Counted from the stretch's first letter, positions 26,101 through 38,210 are shown. The stretch: 64,000 bases of DNA from Pavona decussata (GCA_977016875.1 CDRNST010000197.1:496001-560000); one strand, 5' to 3'. Numbers and translations: made by a program. Notes: a model not told the origin generated them from the letters alone.

Positions 26101-29100
26101 TGGTCTAAGATTGTTTTCTCGGCCCGAGTCCACGAACCATTCCTCATAAGATACTCTTTAAGCATAAGGTTTTTGTAACCCAAAGTCTTCCAGTGGAAGC
26201 TTACCAAAACAATTAAACACTCTACAAATAATAACTAAACCAAAAGCGGCCGTTCTTTTGCATTTGGCGTTGTAAATGCCACCATAGTTTAGTTACAAAA
26301 TCTAGGTCCCATGTATTCCTTAAATGAATAATACTCAGTGATGGCCAAGCAATAATTCACTGGGATTTTTGTTCTCGTGTTTCCACAGGATAGCAAAAAT
26401 CAAATACTTTCCAGTAAAGTGTGGCTGAGACAAGTAAGTACAAGAGGGTCGCGTTGGAGACAAGTTAAAATTCAACCTGATGGTTCTGACACTACCATGC
26501 CCTGATGCTTGCAAAGAAGAACTCTGCACTTTGGTTTTGTGCATGCGCACAATTTAAAGGGGAAGTATCACGGGGTTTTTGATATCTTTTGTTAAAAATG
26601 ATGAAATAAGACCTTCAATCAGCTGCCAAACAATTCTAGAATGAAAAGAGGAAAGAAATTAACTCAATTCTTTAAAGGAACAACTCGTGAACTGTTCTAG
26701 CGCATTTTGGAAACAAAAATGCGAGAACTTGAAAAACATTAGCCTAACATTTTTCAAGTTTCAATCCATACTGGCCTACTCTGTCTCTGGCCAGAGGTAC
26801 TAATCGACAGTTTTGTTTCACTGAGATGATAATTTATATCAAACTTGACAATTATTTCGTTGTTTCTGCTGACAGGCAAACAATTTTGGGTTTTGAAATG
26901 ACAGCAAATTTGCGTGATACTTCCCCTTTAACACTAGAAAGAAGTAACAACTGAGAAAGAAGTAACAGAGTCAAGAACAAGGACACACAACATTTATGGA
27001 CTACACCCACGATTACAAAACAACTTTTCGTAAAAGCGCGCTCTGATATGTTACGAAGGAAATACATGTAGGAAACATTTTAATCGTGTTTCTTTAGAAT
27101 TATACATAGGTTTCGTACGGGGAGGCTCCGACCAGAGATAAAACCCCAACCCTTTCACATGCCAAGTTTTACCGAAGAGGTAGCCTGTTAACGTACATGA
27201 AACAAAGTTGTACCCCTTATAATACTTTATGCAAATGCATATGCAATAATAAACATTGTACATATAATACATTTGAAGGGAGGACCGTGAAGTTAGCCCT
27301 TTGTAAAGATCTCCTAACTAAATTTATAAACTATAAAAAATAGGTAACATAGTCATAGTAGTTGTGTACAGCTGCCATCCCACTGCTACTTACAATGTAC
27401 TAACCTTGGTCAAAAAATAATAAGGAAGTAATCAAACATTTCACAATTTTATCGACCTCTTTTTCAACTGTTAAAATGCTATGCTTTTTTGTTTCTTTTT
27501 TACTTCTGCACACAGATGTGGACCAACCCATTTCTACAATGGAACCCTAATAACTATGGTGGAATAGAAAGCATCAATGTTGACCCAAAACTGATTTGGA
27601 AACCCGACATCATCCTTTACAACAAGTAAGAACAAATAAACTGAAATTTACAAATAATTTCTCTAATGGCTTACAATATCACTACTTTATCAAACACATG
27701 GGCCAAGAGAATAAGGGAAATTAGCACAAATTCTCCCATCTTGTCCCCATACCTTTCTGGGGAGAACTTGTTAAAATATTAAGAAAATTCACCTTGGGTG
27801 ATCATATCCCTAACTCTCAAATGACTTCAGGAATTGAATAAGCATTGATATTACAAGGAGAAATTTGATGCTGATCAATCACTGTTAGAGCTTAAAGGGT
27901 TAACAACCTCTTCAAACTAGTACCATGAGAAATTTATTGAGAACAGTGAGGAGAGTATAGATGACACTTATGACGCTGTGCCTAAAAGGGTTAAATTAGC
28001 CAAATAGCTCATCTGGGCTGACACTTAGCTCCTGCAGCGTCAGGTGACAATGAAACCACTTCTGTCCCCTTCTCCCGATGGGATCCATCACAGGGTATGG
28101 AAGGACAAAGTGGGGTAACATTTTTCTCATTGAAACGACAAGATGAGGAGACCAGTGCCAGACAACTGAACAATCCCCCTTACTACCAAGAGTAATAAAC
28201 AGACACGAGAAAGATGTTATATTCATTATGCCATGAGCATGGGTTAACAAAAAACAGCTGAGTCCCAAGGGGGAACCAAATTCTTGACCTTCTGTAAAGG
28301 TAATTTATTTAATTTCAATAACACGGGGAGTGCTTGTACAATCTCCTGAGCCAGACGCTCATGATAAATTGGTTGACAATAATACCTAGACCACATTGGA
28401 ATTTGGAAATGTTGGTTTTTGAGGAGAGAGGAAAACCTCTCAGAGCAAGGACTAGAACCAACAGCAAACTCAATCCACATACATTGTATTACACTGAGTC
28501 TGGGAATCGAACCCGGGCCACATTGGGGGGAGGCGAGTGCTCTCACCATACACCACCAAGTTACTAAGAGACTTGTGACGAGCTATTTCAGATGTCACAA
28601 GATGTCCTGCAAACTGCTGAGATCAATGTTTTCAAAAGCATCTTCCTCAAAAATTCTCCTATCTTATCCCCAAACTTTTCTTATAAAAGAACTTGGGGAG
28701 AAGTTATCAAATATCAACAAAATTAACCCCTTGTGTGATCACACCCTTAATTCTCATTACCTCGGGGGTTGAATAAGCCTTGATATTACAAGAAGAAATT
28801 TGGTGCTGATCACTGTTAGGGCTTAATGGGTTGAACTATTATATACATCTAGCCCTTTATAACTTATACTCAATGTTTTTATATTTGTTTTGATCAGGAG
28901 CTTGTGTAGTTGTTTATTTGATTGTGTTATATAAAGTTCTGTGTATTTCTTTGTTAGTTATGAATAGATTATTTTTCAGCTAATTCACTCCTCTTTTCTA
29001 AATTCTGTTCACAGCATTGGTTTTGGTGAAACAGGAGCAATATATAATTTTGACACCAAGGCAACGATAAAATACACAGGATATATCGAATGGTTTGCCC

Positions 29101-30116
29101 CAACAGAGATTCACAGCATCTGCAAAATTGATATCAGTTATTTTCCATTTGATGAGCAGAAATGCCCACTTATATTTGGTTCCTGGACGTACACAGGTAG
29201 GAGACATTTACAGTGCAACATGCAAGTTTAAAGTATAGTCACTTTTTGATGTGATTCACATACTTTTGTGATGTGATTTGCCTACTTTTGTGCAATCTAC
29301 TATGTGGAGGGGAGCAGGTGGGGGGGGGGGGGGGTTTACTCCCAAGTGTTTCTACTGTAGGTGTGTGAAGGGGCTACCATTTCCTATTGAAGATTTACAA
29401 AAGGGATACCTTTCCTTTCCTCCTCGGCAGAGTCCTGAGCCTCCCAGTATAAAACAAAAGAAGGCAGGTACAATAGAAAATGTTTCCTGTCCCAGAATGG
29501 TGGTGGACACTGTACTCAAGGAACATACAATTCAAGGCTCTTTGTTTTTTTTTTTGTTTTTTTTGTTTTTTGTTTTTTAAGTGTTATTAGATGTACTGTA
29601 GTTATCCCAGGGCTGTAGCAAAGACAACAGAATCATAGAGCAGGAATTGCTGGGAATCATAGTTCTGGACATATTTTCCAAAAGAAACAGAGAAGGTGAA
29701 AAAAGAAAGTGTTATCTAAAAGCCTATTAGGGAAAGCAACTACTCGTCAGAAAGAACTGCTATAACCCTTTTTTGAGAATCTGAAATCACTGTTATATGG
29801 AGATCCCAGCCAGGGTCTAGGGCCAGTGGTCTGGCCTAAGCATATTTATTCATTTTGTGATTCCTGAAACTATTCATACCTCCACCCCAAAAGGAAGTTC
29901 ATTGGAAATTCCAAGAGGGAAGAAGGGTGTTAAAGGCCAAATACTGCAAAGGAAAGTATGAAGCTCATTTGGAATCTCCAGAGGGGTAGGGATGTTCAAA
30001 CCATAACAATGTTCATGGGGGAGGGGTAGGGGTATGTATATTTTCTAGAACAGCATACTGTGAGATCATGCGCTGTAGCAAAATCTATAAACTTCTTGGT
30101 ATGAAATGTTAAACCT

Positions 30117-30148
<32 letters not shown>

Positions 30149-32340
30149 GTATAGAGTAACAACAAGCATACACTATTGATAATATTATACAGTGTAAGTC
30201 AAGTTCACCTTTACTGATTTGCACCTTACATGTACGTAAATATATTAACCCATTAACAATTTGCATTAATCTCATAGCGTTATGACCAAGTTTTCCGAGT
30301 ATAGAAACAACGATTCCAGGCGAACATGAGCGAATTGTATGAATATGGGATCGATTGAATTGTAAGATAGTTATGCGTTACGTATTGTTTACTGTTCTTA
30401 CACCTACACGTTGATCTGAAAAAATTAAGATTTGATGACCAGTAAAAAGCCTTTGTTTTGGTTCTATTTCGTTATTTGGAGACCTATAAGCGCTTACCTT
30501 GTGTCCTTAATTTCCTTGTGAGCAAAGTAAGTGGATTGCAGACCAAGAGCTGGGAAAGTCATCTTTGAGCAAGCAACGATTCGCTATTTCGGGTTTTGCA
30601 CCCAACAGAATGCACATAGAAATGTGGCCAGGATTCCGAATGATGTTTAAATTATGTAGCCATCGAAGCAGGATTTTAAAACGTTTCAAATCCAAAGACA
30701 TGTTGCATGTTTTCCCTCAACTCGCCATCTTGGCGATCTTGGCTCATATGGCATGAATACCGCTGGACAGTTTGTTCTAATTTCGCGCCATTTTCCGCCA
30801 AATTAAATTCGGCTCCAGCTGACTAGCACCTGACTTGGAAAGATAAAACTAAATATAAGTGCTCAGTACAGTTCCCTAGTTGTTAAAAGAGTGGATAACT
30901 CTATCCAGCGGATAGGTCGCTATTCTGCAGATAAAATGTATTGGTTGGAGAACAGTTACAGGCCGTTGCATAGCGATTTATCCACGGGATAGAGTTATCC
31001 GCTCTTTGAACAACTGAGGTTCCCCTGGTGTAGTAACTTCTTTCACTGCCGTAAAAGCTGCACAGTTTTTAAAAAGGTTTTAAAAATTATATCCGTCATT
31101 ATAATATTATTTTAATGACAGCAAGTAACTTCGTAAACTTCGTATCTTCTCATCCTCAATTATCAATAATGTAATCTTACAACTAGCAACTAATAATAAT
31201 ATTAATTCATTATATTACAGAAACATGTATCTGTGTAGAACCTAATTCGTCCATCCTTTCTGGTGTGGGAGACCTTTATGCAGGGTTATACGAGGCATCA
31301 ATCAATTCTAAGCCTTGTTTAATAGGAAAACACAAATGTTATTGATACAGAGAAGCTGGACCGCTGTCGAACAAATTCTGTACCGATTAACTGTCTTTTA
31401 ACCTTCCATTTTAGTTAACAAGCTAAACCTCACCAAAGAGCGTGAATCTGCCGACCTCAGCAAATACACCACAAGCGGTGAGTGGAAATTACTGGATGCT
31501 CCTCTGAAACGGAATGAGGTGACGTATTCGTGCTGTCCACACCCCTTCATCGATATCACATACACGATTCACGTGAAGCGGCGAATTCTATTCTACATGA
31601 TGAACCTGATCGTTCCGTGCATAGTCCTCGCTGTGCTCACTGTCTTCTCCTTCTATCTTCCACCTGAGTCGGGTGAGCGCATGGGCCTCGTCATAACCAT
31701 CTTACTGGGTCTCACTGTATTCATGATGGTATTCACAGACAACGTGCCACGGACTTCAGAAGTGACACCTTTGATTGGCAAGTACTCTGTTACGGTCCTG
31801 GTGCAGGTCACAGTGGCCCTGATTGTCACGTGTTCTATTTTGAGAGTGTATCATCGTGATCCGGAAAGAAATATGCCCAGCTGGTTCCGCAAGCTGATTT
31901 TCGACATTCTAGGTCCAATGTTGCTGGCGTTGCCGTCCGACGAGCGAAATAAGTTGAAGCAAGACGAGAAAAATAGGAGTTTCTACTCCACCAAAGTGCA
32001 GGGCGCTCCATATGAAATCCACCGGAGTCAAAATCATCTGGTTGTTTCCATGCCAAAGATGGGAATCCCAAAGAGAGGTGAAGGTGAGATGGGCAGCAAG
32101 TGCTTCGGCCATGCCTCCACGGGGTCGAATCTATCGATAACGCCCTCGGATGAACGGATGGAAGAGATTGTTCATGGTATGCGCTCCATTGTGGCTCACT
32201 TAAAGGACACACAGGAGACGGATGCCAAGGTCAATGACTGGCACCACGCAGCCGCAGTGCTGGACATTGCGTTCTTTTGGATCACGGCTATTACCATAAT
32301 AGGATCAACACTGGCGTTTTACTTTATGATCCCCAACTAA
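23154..32340 (+). CDS. Nicotinic acetylcholine receptor alpha-type subunit, paralog 2 (~499 aa). Coding exons 23154-23250, 25054-25193, 26389-26433, 27516-27625, 29015-29196, 31415-32340
   Basis: GT-AG introns and an in-frame join (1500 nt). Hydrophobic signal peptide ending VVTSQ; WKPDIILYN; CKIDISYFPFDEQKC; GSWTY; YSCCPHPF; [27 protein letters not shown]; four TM helices. Confidence 0.95.
24260..24700. repeat. More decayed array of the same ~105-bp minisatellite
   Basis: Shares AGTACTGCTC, CAGTAGCTTTCATT, CACAGACTCAAAAGTT and CCACCTTGTAC blocks with 6810-7400. Confidence 0.7.
25243..25435 (-). mobile_element. SINE-like repeat (family B) with a tRNA-like segment
   Basis: ACAGGCATACTCGGAAAAAGGAAATCC...TTCGGATGCTCTACCACTGAGCTACAGGAGACTCGTGGGAGCTAAGGCCATT recurs at 35745-35885 and 38487-38732. 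Confidence 0.75.
26558..26927. mobile_element. Non-autonomous TIR element with TTAA target duplication (Kolobok-like)
   Basis: TTAA|AGGGGAAGTATCACG ... CGTGATACTTCCCCT|TTAA (15-bp perfect TIR). Relatives at about 48178-48556, 12290-12635 and 63803-64000. Confidence 0.8.
28390..28555 (-). mobile_element. tRNA-derived SINE (family A)
   Basis: Reverse complement of the 17365 element (GGGAATCGAACCCGGGCCACATTGGGGGGAGGCGAGTGCTCTCACCA). It lies in intron 4 of paralog 2. A more decayed copy is at about 44270-44405. Confidence 0.8.
30117..30148. repeat. (CAT)n microsatellite
   Basis: Read directly. It explains the spurious poly-Asp ORF. Confidence 0.9.
30875..31019. mobile_element. MITE (Harbinger-like hairpin family)
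   Basis: CCTAGTTGTTAAAAGAGTGGATAACTCTATCC ... GGATAGAGTTATCCGCTCTTTGAACAACTGAGG form imperfect TIRs. Confidence 0.7.
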
Positions 32341-32850
32341 CGTACTGATTGAACGCCTCACGAGGAGGTAGGGGACGAAGAAGCCAAACTCTTCGGGGAC
32401 TTTTGCCCTTGGATGAGTTCCCCCGAGGTCAACAACCGTTTCCCAATGTTTACTGGTAATATTGTAGTTCACATGGAACTAAACTAAATTAGCTTTTGAC
32501 TTTTGAAACAAGGCTCGTGGAACCATTGTTTGTGGCTTTCGGTTGATTACTATTTGTCTTGGGTTTTTAAAGTCATACTAACAATACCTAAAAATAGGTG
32601 GCTGATAAACCCTATCTATACAATGAGCTTCCTGCTGGTTGGCCATCCATTGCAAGCTTATTCCAGTTTCAACCACCAGAATACGAATAAGGTCGACTTT
32701 AGACCAAAATATGATATTTTCATACCCTATTTTAAACCTAGCCTCTGAAGTGTATGCCACTTATAGAGTTACTCCAATTTTTCCCATTTTATACCTGTGT
32801 GCATAACTTGCCTACCTTTTATAAACAAACTGGTGGAACGCTACCGGCCT

Positions 32851-33635
32851 TTACTTCAGAAATCATGTGTCGATAACAAGTAAATACTGAGTTGCGTTAC
32901 TCACCGTTTTTGGAATATCTGAAGTGCATTCGATCTATCCAAAAAAAAATTGAGCGTCGCCATTTTGAATGACACTTAGTAGCCCGGCCGCTTTTTGTGA
33001 CGCCATTCCGTCAAACGAAATAAATAATAGGCCATTTTCATGATGGCGTCATTTTACTACAACTATCAGAATTCATTTCGTTTTCCTTTTCAAATTCAAA
33101 TTTTGTAATCCCAACGGAGAGCAAAGAACAATAGCTCTGATTGGAATGAGAAAACAAAAACCAGAAGGATTCTGATAGTTGTAGCAAAATGACGCTATAG
33201 TGAAAATGTCCTATTGACGCGGATCTCAAACGCAGCTTGTAACACTGATTTTATTTTTTCGTGGTAAATTTGCTATTTCGTTATTGATCGAAAATGTTAT
33301 CGCGTTCGGCTTGAGACTGTGACAACAGATCCATAAAAAACGTAAAGGAAGAAAAAGATTGGAAAATAAAGCATTATTACTCTTACCGAAGCCATTTCCA
33401 TATGTTTCGCCTCTTGGACGGAATGACGTAACAAAAGGCGGCCGTGCTGCTATGTGCTAATCAAAATGGCGGTGCTTAATTCGAATTTCGGGCTACTTCA
33501 GAGACGATTTTTGTATGGATCTGAAGTAACACAATAGCTCAAACAACGGTGAGTAACCGTCAACTCAGTATTTACTTATTGGTGGATTAAAACTGAAAAG
33601 ATAAACATGATGTCTGGAGTGACCTACTCCCTTAA
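32851..33635. mobile_element. Long-inverted-repeat element with a nested MITE at 33026-33215
   Basis: 32851-33025 is an imperfect inverted copy of 33403-33622 (e.g. AAGTAAATACTGAGTTG / CAACTCAGTATTTACTT). The nested MITE has ~49-bp TIRs, AATAGGCCATTTTCA... / ...TGAAAATGTCCTATT. Confidence 0.7.
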
Positions 33636-33802
33636 GGCAAAACAGGCCTTTATGTCTTTAATGGAGAAGTTGCTCTAGTGTAAATTATGGGCATATTCTA
33701 ACTTCAGAGTGCAAAATACTTGCCTTGAATGAAATGAAATGTATAGTTTTTGATAAGCATACTAGAAGACAAGTATTGAAAAAATTATGACTAGCTAGTG
33801 TT

Positions 33803-34210
33803 AAGGACGGTGCCTACTTTTGTTACTGCGCATTCGTTCTGCGCATCTCGAGATACTCGGGTTTCCTATGGGTGATGCCTACTAATACAGGGATGTTTTT
33901 GCGCGGTTTAAAACTATGCGGAGAAAGCAGAACTTAGCAAGTGCTCTTGGTATTCAAAAAGGAAATTTAGGGTAACCATGCGTTTTTTAGAGATAATACA
34001 GCTTCAATTTTGAAAAAAAAGAAACGCCATACATTACTTTGTATTTTTCTGTTTTTTAGAATAATTGTTGCTTAATTATCTCTAAAAAAAATGCCTGGCT
34101 ACCCCCTGGCCTACTTTTCTTTTTGGATTTCCATAGCTCTTCCTCAGATCTGCTCTCCCCGCACAGTCATAATCCACACCAAAAATAATTCGGTATTAGT
34201 GCGCACCGTC
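33803..34210. mobile_element. TTAA-type MITE (AAGGACGGTGCCTACT...GCACCGTC)
   Basis: TIR-like ends GACGGTGC/GCACCGTC. A diverged relative lies at 37798-38210 in the same orientation. Confidence 0.7.
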
Positions 34211-35744
34211 AAAACAGGCCTTAATGCCTGCAATAGAGAAGTTGCGCTAGTGTGAATTATAGGCATATTCTAACTTCAGAGTACAAAGTACTTGCCTTGA
34301 ATAAAATGAAATGTATAGTTTTTGATAAGCATGCTAGAAGACAAGTGTTGAAAAAATTATGTCTAGATAGTGTTGTCGGCTCTCAATATCAAAACCGTTT
34401 AAGCCCGAAATTGACCAGCATACTGGTTTCTTCTTAAAATATGACTTCCTGATGAAAAATAAAGTTGAGAATTTATCAAAGAAAGGATCACCAAAGGTAA
34501 ATGTGTGAGCAAATTCTCCAGACTAGTTCTATAAGAAGTACTTTCAGAACAATAAGGAGAGAATGGGGTCATTTCTATTCCTGAAACAGTTTTAAATTTC
34601 TAACTGCTTGTTATTATTAATAATATGTTTTACAGCAAAGTTTTTCTGCAAAGTTTGTTATACAAATAAAATACAACAAAATAAACTAATTCAACTCCAG
34701 TTTTTATTAATTTTTCTAGGGAGAATCTCCCAAGACACCCCTCCCCAAACTAGTTCCCTGGGCTTTTCCCTTGAGAAGGACACCCCCAATTTACAGGGGG
34801 GAAGCGTAGGAAAGAGGTTGCCCACTACCCTCCCTTAGAAGATCGTGCTTTTGCCACTTACAAAAGTCCACATCAGCCGTGAACCAGATTCCGGCCGAAA
34901 ACATTGGACCTTCTTTCCCCTGCAAATACTATAATTGTAGGATTAGTAACATCCGGCGGTTGGAGAATGGACGGTAATTAGACAGAAATCCACAGCGAGG
35001 AAACCGAGTATGTTTTTCAAAGTGAGATCGGCCACTCTACGTATTATATCTCCGGCGACCTTATATTAAACAAACCGTGTTATGTGTTGTTTAAGATTTT
35101 CTTGTCCTCGAGTTCTCGCTGCAAACAAAATCACAGCGTCAACCCTGAAGGACAGTCGGGAAAAAAATGCACCTGCAATTAGACCGTCTTCATGCGTCCC
35201 GTTACCACGTACTCTCGCTTTATTTTAAAGTGTAGGAAACCCACAAGTCTAACTATATCTAGCGAGTTTGAAGCGGTTCTGATCGCGCTTACAAACGACC
35301 AGCGCGAAATCAGGATCATGAGATTTTGGGCAAAATTGAACTCTTAATTTCAAAGCTTCTGTGTTCTCGCGTCGACAATCTCTGGCCCTGCTGTTTTGAA
35401 CTGCTGCCTACGTTGTCGGATTGGGGACTGGGAACTTAAATCTGATTGGTCGTTGACATGTAACGTTGTTGACAAACCAGCTAAAACGATGTATACATTG
35501 TTGAATGTTGGACAAAATGTTTGATCGGACTCAAGACATTCATGTGAAAAAATGTGATGTTATGTTTTACTCCTGATGAATAAGTGACAGACTTTTTCAG
35601 TGACACAGGGATACTCGGCAAAAGATCTGTCCTAGTAATCGAATCGTCATTGGTTTGATTCCTTTTGGTAGAACTCGGATTTTTTTCCTAGTATGCCTTC
35701 GTCCTGACTGGCGAAAATACATCTGAGAATGATGTATTATTACA

Positions 35745-35885
35745 TAGGCAAACTCGGAAAAAGGAATTCCGAATGCTCCTATCAGGAGTCGAACCTAAGA
35801 CCTTCCGATTACTAGTTCGGATGCTCTACTACTGAGCTACAGGAGAGTCGTGCAGGGAGCTAAGGCGATTAAACTAGGTTCGACA
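35745..35885 (-). mobile_element. SINE-like repeat (family B)
   Basis: Same sequence as 25243. Contains GGAGTCGAACC (reverse B box) and CTACTGAGCTA (reverse A box). Confidence 0.75.
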
Positions 35886-36213
35886 AAAAGACATCTGTCA
35901 AAATGGTCAGTTAACAAAAGATGTGGAACTAATCTGGTCATCTAATATGGATGCTAAAAGTAGTTCTAACATTGTTGAATTAACAAATGTTAAGTTACGT
36001 ACAACGATTTTAAAAAGTTTAGACAGAGCCATTCAAAAAAGGACTGCCACTTACTTTGCGCGCGCTTTAGAAGCGCGCGCATTCTTTTACAGTTACATCA
36101 CAATACTTTTCGTGGCAACAGTACACATAAACGACTCTGTTTAGAGACTCCAAAACAGTTTTCACGCAATCGTGTCACACTGAAAAAAAAACTGTTACAT
36201 TCCTAAAAGCAAT

Positions 36214-37062
36214 ATGTCGAACGACAGAGAAACGTATCAAGATGGCAAGAAAAAAGAATTTAAAACTGATGAATTCTTTTCTGCGCTTTCCGCCACAATC
36301 AACTCTGGAAAATTTTGGCGTTGTATCCGATGGTGCGACGGAGGAAGTACGGTTATAATCACAAGTCCAGTACTTTTTGAAAGAGACGTTCTGCACAAGG
36401 AGCAGTGGAGACTGCAACTGAAGGTGAACGATTTTGCCAGTTTTGCTGATTTGCTCAAGCAAGTGGGTTTTGAAAAGGTTCTGAGTCAAAGGCCGTCCAA
36501 GGTGCAAAAGTTTCGGCATTGCGACTTCACGAAAAACTACAGAGGTTTCCAACACGTGACTAAGGAGAGAGCTGAACCACAAAGAAAAAGAACAAATGTG
36601 TCAGAGGAGGAAAGTCTCAAGCTTAGTGGTGCAGGTTCAGTAAAGGAAACGAGTCAAGAAATAAATCTGGCGCAGAAAGTAAAGCGGCAAAAGAAAGTAA
36701 CTTTTGAGGATGAAAGCGCGATGGCGGCTAAGAAGAGAAAGAGAAACGTTACAAATGGCGAAGAAATGTTTACGCACGGCAAGAAACGAAAGATTGCTGA
36801 CCCAGTCACCCCAAGTGCTCCAATCAAGCACGATACACTCAGGAAACAAATGCGCAGAATCTACAGCGCAGATGAAATGACCGCTGCCCAGGCATTGCTC
36901 AGTTTATCAACACCAGTTGTGTTTGCGAATTACACTGCTATGGAACTAATGGCAGCTCAAAGCCTGGTTAATTTGTCAAGATCTTGTATTGTATCGCAGG
37001 AAAGAAGTGTTCGAGAATTGGAGGCGGCGTACGCCCTATTGCAACTTTCTAACTCAGCTTGA
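36214..37062 (+). CDS. Intronless protein (282 aa) with a divergent HSF-type winged-helix DNA-binding domain, basic NLS-like clusters and three C-terminal ExxAAxxLxxLS repeats
   Basis: The N-terminus follows the HSF DBD pattern F..L...I.W...G....I.....F...VL ... FASF..LL...GF.K ... F.H..F. KKRKR and KKRKI are basic clusters. Repeats are EMTAAQALLSLS, ELMAAQSLVNLS and ELEAAYALLQLS. Confidence 0.8.
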   Translation: MSNDRETYQDGKKKEFKTDEFFSALSATINSGKFWRCIRWCDGGSTVIITSPVLFERDVLHKEQWRLQLKVNDFASFADLLKQVGFEKVLSQRPSKVQKFRHCDFTKNYRGFQHVTKERAEPQRKRTNVSEEESLKLSGAGSVKETSQEINLAQKVKRQKKVTFEDESAMAAKKRKRNVTNGEEMFTHGKKRKIADPVTPSAPIKHDTLRKQMRRIYSADEMTAAQALLSLSTPVVFANYTAMELMAAQSLVNLSRSCIVSQERSVRELEAAYALLQLSNSA

Positions 37063-37797
37063 AGAACTGAACTTTAAAAGCGACAAATCTGATTTTGCTT
37101 ATCACTGAGAATAACTCTTTTATCTTATCTTAACTTTAGAGATTCTAAGCCGAAACTCTAATAACTTTTAATATCTTCAAACCAATACAAAATATACTGT
37201 TTTTGTATATATTAGAGACGAATTGTTCATCTGGGGCAAACTTGAGCCAACAACCAGTACTGGTTGACAAGACGGATTATGGGTAGTAGACGCATTCACC
37301 GGTACACATAGCACCAATGCCGCAGGACGCATACCAATCGATCTGACGCCGCAGTCCCAAGTTCGCCCCGGACGGATGGTATGTCTCTAAAGTTGAAACT
37401 GGTCTTTAGCTAATATCAACCAATAACTACTTTCAACGGTAAACAGAAAAAAAAATAAAAAGAATAATGAACTTAAATAAATATAGCGAATTATAAGATA
37501 TGCTAAGTATGAAATAAAAGAAAAATGAAAGAGAAAAGTTGTACCGTATTGTCACGTGTCGATTTGCAGACCAGAATTTACTTCGTTCAATGTTTATTAG
37601 AAAGCTGATATGTTGTACCTGAAAGTGATTTTTTTTTTAAAACTCGAGGAATCTTTAGAAAAGTTAGTCTTTGTTTTACTTGCTTTCGTCATCCTGGTCC
37701 GGATTTGACGATAGCAAGCACTTTAGTATTGATTTCGTTCAAAGATGTCCATATTTAGTGGTCACGCCGGTTAATTTTGATGACATTTCTTGGCAAC

Positions 37798-38210
37798 TTA
37801 GGGACGCTGCCTCCTTTCGTTTGTGCGCATGCGTTCTACGCATCTTGGAATGGTCTGGGAAACTCGGGTTTCTTAAAGATGGCGCCTACTAACACAGGGC
37901 AAGCCTCTCTTATACGGAGGTATTTTTAGTGATTTATGGCTATGCGGGGTTAGGAAAGGTTATGTGACTCCAAACAAAAACTTAGAGATAATTAAGCCTC
38001 AATTTGGAAAAAAAATGCAATACATTGTCAGCTCCACTGTTATAGGTTTAGAAGCTTTTTGGAATTATTGTTGGTTAATTGTCTCTGAAAAATAAGTGTA
38101 ACCCCCAATTTTCTTTTAGGATTCTAATAGGCCCTCACTTAAATATGCTTTGCCGCATAATCATTAGCTAAGTGTGTAAAATACCTCTGTATTAGAAGGC
38201 ACCATCATTA
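37798..38210. mobile_element. Diverged relative of the 33803 MITE
   Basis: Shares GCGCAT.CGTTCT.CGCATCT, ACTCGGGTTTC, GCCTACTAA.ACAGGG and the terminal GGCACCATCATTAA. Confidence 0.65.

Noticed and set aside
30066-30275. ORF with a poly-Asp tract
   Set aside because: Produced by a (CAT)n microsatellite within an intron.
31835-32212. Antisense or alternate-frame ORFs over coding exons (also 9209-9541, 9915-10097, 36175-36582, 50156-50518, 59004-59327)
   Set aside because: Shadows of real coding exons with no independent motifs.
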